NCBI GenBank assembly: GCA_964639185.1 | Contig: CAZXCN010000003.1 | Span: 14,059-78,058 of the forward strand | Reading direction: 5' to 3' | From: an uncultured Candidatus Saccharibacteria bacterium | GTDB taxonomy: Bacteria; Patescibacteriota; Minisyncoccia; Phycocordibacterales; UBA9973 | DNA length: 64,000 nucleotides | Shown: one piece after another, positions 59,146-64,000 of the stretch | Layout of the letters: every line of letters begins with the position of its first letter | How positions within the stretch are numbered: the stretch's first letter is position 1 | Position numbers and translations under genes: made by a program | Notes under the pieces: generated by a model | What the model saw: the letters and a program-made list of their open reading frames with translations, nothing else | Told to the model about the DNA's origin: nothing | Database searches by the model: none

Positions 59146-60114
59146 ATGGAAAATATTGAAGAACTAAAAAAGAATCACAAAACAAGTTATCTCGCTACAC
59201 AATACGAGCATCTTTGTCGTGAGGAGGATAAGGTTATGACTATGATAAATGAAGATGAAAGCATGCGTGAACTTGCCGAGGAAGAATTGCAAAATATTAA
59301 ATTTCAAAAAGAGGGGATCGAGAGGCAAGTAGAAGAAATATTAAAATCAGAACGTGAGGAAGAGGAATTTCCAAATGAAATTGTTTTAGAGGTTCGTGCT
59401 GGTGCGGGGGGTGACGAAGCATCGCTTTTTGCATGGGAATTGGCACGTATGTATGAGCGTTATGCTGAGGATAAAGGCTGGAGTTGGAAAACTTTAAATG
59501 AATCTGAAAATAATGTTGGTGGATACAAAGAGGCTTCGTTTGAAGTTCGTGGCCGTGATGTATACCGTGAATTACGATACGAGACAGGTGTGCACCGTGT
59601 ACAAAGAATTCCTGCTACTGAGAAAAATGGGCGCATACATACATCTACTGCATCAGTCGCTGTTTTGCCGATGAAGAAGAAGGTGACTATTGAAGTTAAC
59701 CCTGCTGATATTGATATGGAATATTCACGTTCCGGTGGTGCTGGCGGGCAAAATGTGAATAAAGTTGAAACAGCAGTACGACTAATACACAAGCCAACAG
59801 GTATCGATGTCCGATCGACTTCTGAGCGCACACAGCTTGGTAATAGAGAAAAAGCAATGGGTATATTATTGTCTAAATTACAAATGGCAAAAGACGAAGA
59901 AGATGCAAAGAAGTATTCTGCTGATCGAAAGAATCAGATAGGTACAGCCGACAGAAGTGAAAAGATTCGAACATACAATTTCCCTCAGGATCGTGTGACT
60001 GATCACCGAATTCGCCAATCTTGGTCCAATATCCCAGGCATAATGGAAGGTAACATAGTAAAGATAGTAGAAGCCCTTTCATCTGGAGTCGTTGGCGAAG
60101 CAGACGAGGAATAA
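59146..60114 (+). CDS. prfA: Peptide chain release factor 1
   Basis: PAT motif, [15 protein letters not shown]. Confidence 0.95.
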   Translation: MENIEELKKNHKTSYLATQYEHLCREEDKVMTMINEDESMRELAEEELQNIKFQKEGIERQVEEILKSEREEEEFPNEIVLEVRAGAGGDEASLFAWELARMYERYAEDKGWSWKTLNESENNVGGYKEASFEVRGRDVYRELRYETGVHRVQRIPATEKNGRIHTSTASVAVLPMKKKVTIEVNPADIDMEYSRSGGAGGQNVNKVETAVRLIHKPTGIDVRSTSERTQLGNREKAMGILLSKLQMAKDEEDAKKYSADRKNQIGTADRSEKIRTYNFPQDRVTDHRIRQSWSNIPGIMEGNIVKIVEALSSGVVGEADEE

Positions 60115-60365
60115 ATTCATTATAATATTGTAATAATAAAGATGTGTATTTTGTGCATATAATTGATTTCCACTACTTGCCACCTTTTGCTTAAAATGAT
60201 ATATTAATCCTCAGTAGTTTGCTAAGTTGTTTTGGTGTTTATTTCATTTTCGTTGTGTTAAACATTGAGAGTGTAAATGAAAATCGGCATGAGCGATTAC
60301 ATTTATAAATTTATTTCCTTTGAATTTCAGTATGTAAGTACTGTAAGGAGAAGTATATTGTCATT

Positions 60366-60626
60366 ATGGCAAAGAAATTATATGTTGGTGGTCTTCCTTA
60401 CAAGACAACTAACGACGAGCTAAAAGCTCACTTTGAGGGTGCAGGTTCAGTTGAATCAGCAACAATTATCATGGATAAGATGACAGGCCGATCAAAAGGT
60501 TTTGGATTCGTAGAAATGACAAATGATGAAGATGCTGACAAAGCTATCTCAATGTTTAACGGTCAAGATTTCGATGGTCGAAATCTAACTGTCAACGAAG
60601 CTCGCCCAATGGCACCACGTGCTTAA
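60366..60626 (+). CDS. RRM RNA-binding protein
   Basis: RNP2 LYVGGL, RNP1 KGFGFVEM. Confidence 0.93.
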   Translation: MAKKLYVGGLPYKTTNDELKAHFEGAGSVESATIIMDKMTGRSKGFGFVEMTNDEDADKAISMFNGQDFDGRNLTVNEARPMAPRA

Positions 60627-60638
60627 TTAGGTTTGTTT

Positions 60639-60673
60639 ACAAAAAGCCCATGGTTTACCCTTGGGCTTTTTGT
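60639..60673 (+). terminator. Intrinsic terminator
   Basis: AAAAGCCCA...TGGGCTTTTT. Confidence 0.75.
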
Positions 60674-60755
60674 TTGCCAAAAAGGGTTATTTTTGCTATA
60701 TTTTATGTGCCTATAATGTAAATTAATGGGTTGTTATTTTATTTAGTAATATCTT

Positions 60756-60999
60756 GAGCGTGTAGTTCAGTGGTAGAACGCTGTCCTGATATAACGGGTA
60801 CAATATAAATGGTTCGCTCGTTCAAAATAAAAGAGTTAATAATTCTTTGCGTGCGCGTATAGTTCAGTGGTAGAACGCTGTCCTGATAAGACAGAGGCCC
60901 TTGGTTCGATTCCAAGTACGCGCACGCAGGGCGGTATACTCTTTTACTTTGCAACTCGCTGCCATTTATAAGACAGAGGCCTTTGATCTATATAAATCA
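60756..60999 (+). pseudogene. Decayed tRNA-Ile split at the anticodon loop by a 176-bp insertion
   Basis: 5' half 60756-60791 and 3' remnant from 60968 match the inner tRNA. Confidence 0.75.
60853..60924 (+). tRNA. tRNA-Ile(GAT)
   Basis: GCGCGTA/TACGCGC acceptor, CTGTC-CTGATAA-GACAG anticodon arm, GTTCGATTC. Confidence 0.95.
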
Positions 61000-61004
61000 A
61001 TTTT

Positions 61005-61247
61005 ATGGAAGAAAACAATAAAAAAACATCTAAATGGATGATAGGTACAATCTTGTTTATGAAGGTATCTGTTTGGATCGTGGGCCCTATATTAATTGCT
61101 CTGTTTGTAGGTAAATACATGGATGCGAAATATAATACAGAGCCATGGATATTTATATGGGCGATGGTTATTGCATTTATTACCTCAATGATAGCCATAA
61201 CAAAAGTTGCTTTAAAGTATATTAAGAAAGTTGATGTAAAAAAATAA
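61005..61247 (+). CDS. AtpZ/AtpI family protein
   Basis: Two TMs, GKYMD..YNTEPW; first gene of the atp operon. Confidence 0.8.
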   Translation: MEENNKKTSKWMIGTILFMKVSVWIVGPILIALFVGKYMDAKYNTEPWIFIWAMVIAFITSMIAITKVALKYIKKVDVKK

Positions 61248-61248
61248 T

Positions 61249-62205
61249 ATGTCACAAATAGAAAATACAATAGAAGGTACTCATGAAAATAATACAGATA
61301 TTACTGTAGGCGGTACAGAACATGCAGTTTCAACTGAAAGTCATTCTTCTGAGCTTGTACCACACGAAGCTGGTCTGTATGCAGAAGAGATAGGTCATAT
61401 AGGTAACTTCCCAATAACAAATGCATTGTTTACAGGGTGGTTGTCTGTTGGAGTAATACTTTTTATTGCGATTATTATAAGAATAAAAATGAAAGAAATA
61501 CCAAAAGGTATTCAGAACTTCTTTGAATACGTTGTAGATGGTGCAATGTCACTTGCTGATCAGGTGACAGGTGACAGAAAAGTTACTGAGAAGGCTTTCC
61601 CTTTCATATTTCCAATATTTATGTTTGTGTTAATAAATAATTGGTTTGGTATTATGCCATTGGGTGGGTTTGGTATTATTCATGTTACTGAACATGGTAA
61701 TGCATTTATACCTCTTATACGTAGTGCCACAGCAGATATCAATGGCACACTCGCACTGGCGATATTCTCAGTTATAGGAGCCAATATCTTTGGAGCAATA
61801 TTTATTGGTATATGGAAAATGTTCAATAAATATGTTAATCTAAAAGCACTCGGTGGCATTGTTACGAAGGTAAGAAAAGACCCAATGGTTCTTCTAACAG
61901 CCCCGATTATGGTATTCGTAAGTGCATTGGAGATAGTGGGTGAGATAGCAAAGGTTGCATCATTATCATTTCGTTTATTTGGTAATGTGTTTGCAGGTGA
62001 AGTGTTACTTGCATCTATGGCAGCATTAATATCGTATCTCTTACCAACACCATTTCTAATACTTGAAGTTTTCGTAGGAATAATTCAAGCCTTTATATTT
62101 GCAATACTTACATTAGTGTATTATACAATCGCAGCACAAGACCATGATCATGATGAGGAGCACGAGCACAAACCCCATCATGACAAGGAATTGAGTGCTG
62201 AGTAG
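61249..62205 (+). CDS. atpB: ATP synthase subunit a
   Basis: NWFGIMP, TADIN, SLSFRLFGN, IQAFIF. Confidence 0.95.
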   Translation: MSQIENTIEGTHENNTDITVGGTEHAVSTESHSSELVPHEAGLYAEEIGHIGNFPITNALFTGWLSVGVILFIAIIIRIKMKEIPKGIQNFFEYVVDGAMSLADQVTGDRKVTEKAFPFIFPIFMFVLINNWFGIMPLGGFGIIHVTEHGNAFIPLIRSATADINGTLALAIFSVIGANIFGAIFIGIWKMFNKYVNLKALGGIVTKVRKDPMVLLTAPIMVFVSALEIVGEIAKVASLSFRLFGNVFAGEVLLASMAALISYLLPTPFLILEVFVGIIQAFIFAILTLVYYTIAAQDHDHDEEHEHKPHHDKELSAE

Positions 62206-62232
62206 TTTATTTAGAGGTCAAAACATTATTAG

Positions 62233-62475
<243 letters not shown>

Positions 62476-62569
62476 TTCGCTATTTGTAACTGGCCACTTT
62501 ACTCTATCAAGTTGGCTGGTGACAAGGAGCGAATGAAGATTAACTTTTATAATTTAATTTTTTACAAAC

Positions 62570-63061
62570 ATGGATTCATTTATTAACGCATTTCATATAG
62601 ACTGGAAGATAATCATAGCTCAGGCTGTGAATTTTGTGGTTGTGTTGTTGGTATTACATTTTATACTTATCAAACCTTTAAAGAAGGTGATGGCAGAACG
62701 TTCAAAGAAGATTGAACAGGGTGTCGAAGATGCAAAGTGTAATGCTGAGGCATTAAAAATCACAAAAGAAGAATGTACTAAAATGATAGCCGAGGCAAAG
62801 TCTGAAGCTAATAAGATATTTCAAGAGGGTAAACATGATGCGGAGGCAAAAAAGGCTGAAATGTTGGAGCTTGCTAAAGTTGATGTAGAGAATTTGATAA
62901 TAAATGGCAAGAAAAGTCTTGAGCGTGAAAAAGTTCAAATGGTGGAAGATGCAAGGCGTGAAATTGTGTCACTTGTTGTTGCTGCAACCGAGAAATTATT
63001 GAATGATGAATCTGACGCAAAGCTTGATGCTAAGTTAACAAAACGTATAAGTAAGATGTAA
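62570..63061 (+). CDS. atpF: ATP synthase subunit b
   Basis: QAVNF TM, KP..ER, coiled coil. Confidence 0.92.
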   Translation: MDSFINAFHIDWKIIIAQAVNFVVVLLVLHFILIKPLKKVMAERSKKIEQGVEDAKCNAEALKITKEECTKMIAEAKSEANKIFQEGKHDAEAKKAEMLELAKVDVENLIINGKKSLEREKVQMVEDARREIVSLVVAATEKLLNDESDAKLDAKLTKRISKM

Positions 63062-63065
63062 TTCT

Positions 63066-63473
63066 ATGATAAAAGCCCGAACACAAGACATAGCATATGC
63101 AATACACGAAGCAACCAAAGGCAAAAAAGGTGCCGAGCTAAATGCTGTACTTGAAAATGTGGCAAAATTTTTAGATAAAAATAAACTTTTAAATAAAAAA
63201 GAAGAAATAATAAAAAAAATAGAAATCTTGAAAGATCAAGAGGACGGAACGATAAGAGTAAGTTTGCAAAGTAAAAATAAATTAAAAAAGGAGAGCATTG
63301 CAAATATACTTCACTTTCTAAAGCATTATTACAAAGCTCATGATGCTGAAATAGAGGAAACGATAAAAGAAGATCTGATAGGAGGGGTAAAAATACAAAT
63401 AGGTAATGACATTATAGATATGACGCTGAGTAATCAGATCAAGCAATTACAAAATCATTTATTACAAAATTAA
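63066..63473 (+). CDS. atpH: ATP synthase delta subunit, short form
   Basis: LIGGVKIQIG..IIDMTL; operon position. Confidence 0.85.
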   Translation: MIKARTQDIAYAIHEATKGKKGAELNAVLENVAKFLDKNKLLNKKEEIIKKIEILKDQEDGTIRVSLQSKNKLKKESIANILHFLKHYYKAHDAEIEETIKEDLIGGVKIQIGNDIIDMTLSNQIKQLQNHLLQN

Positions 63474-63484
63474 CTCACACAAAT

Positions 63485-64000
63485 ATGACAAAAAATAACA
63501 TTGTAGAAAATTTAAGAAAACAAATAGAAAAATTCGGTACTGATATCAAAGTGGAAAAGATAGGCCATGTTGTTGAAGTATTTGATGGTATTGCCCGTGT
63601 GTCAGGACTTGCTGACGTAAAAGTTTCTGAAATGGTTAATTTTGCTGGTGGTGAAGTGGGTGTAGCTTTGAACTTGGAAGAGGAATTTGTGGGTGTGATT
63701 ATCTTGTCAGACTTTTCAAATATCAAGGAAGGTGATGAAGTTCGAACAACAAATAAAATCCTCGAAGTTCCTGTATCTGATGCCCTTGTTGGCCGTGTAG
63801 TAAATGCTCTAGGTGAGGCTATCGATGGTAAAGGCGCAATAAAAGCAACATCATACAATCCTATAGAAAAGGTAGCTCCAGGTGTAGTAACTCGCCAAAG
63901 TGTGGACCAGCCAGTACAAACAGGTATCAAAGCTATTGATGCGATCATCCCGATCGGTCGTGGTCAGCGCGAGCTCATCATTGGTGACCGTCAGACAGGT
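63485..64000 (+). CDS. atpA: ATP synthase subunit alpha (runs off window end)
   Basis: DGIARVSGL, GRVVNALG, QTGIKAID, IGRGQRELIIGDRQTG. Confidence 0.96.
   Translation, partial: MTKNNIVENLRKQIEKFGTDIKVEKIGHVVEVFDGIARVSGLADVKVSEMVNFAGGEVGVALNLEEEFVGVIILSDFSNIKEGDEVRTTNKILEVPVSDALVGRVVNALGEAIDGKGAIKATSYNPIEKVAPGVVTRQSVDQPVQTGIKAIDAIIPIGRGQRELIIGDRQTG

Noticed and set aside
60739-60954. 71-aa ORF (likewise 1974-2207 and 36672-36875)
   Set aside because: These are translations across tRNA genes.
60792-60967. Group I intron in tRNA-Ile
   Set aside because: No terminal G or recognisable P7 core; the outer exons cannot form an acceptor stem; the insert is mostly a tRNA plus arms.

Overview
AT-rich bacterial chromosome segment (code 11) with the gene content and compact style of Patescibacteria/CPR, probably Parcubacteria; the taxonomy is inferred, not searched. 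Housekeeping content: murA(XRE-fused)/B/C/D/E/F, two class B PBPs, mraZ-rsmH-ftsL, parB, rel, topA, dprA, serS, lysS, gatB, obg, prfA, a gap-rpiB-rpe-tkt/pfkB/class I fba sugar cluster, the start of the atp operon and four tRNAs. No CRISPR, rRNA, integrase or transposase is visible. The notable signals are mostly non-coding. (1) Two homologous ~190-bp structured elements built from the tRNA-Glu 3' end bracket a two-gene islet. (2) An intact tRNA-Ile sits inside a palindromic 176-bp insertion in the anticodon loop of a decayed tRNA-Ile. (3) Short palindromes occur in frame inside murB and as intergenic relatives. (4) Five accessory genes are inserted between murD and murC with near-identical stop-start junctions. 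(5) Leaderless promoter architecture is pervasive. (6) An 18-bp palindrome lies between XRE-murA and murB.
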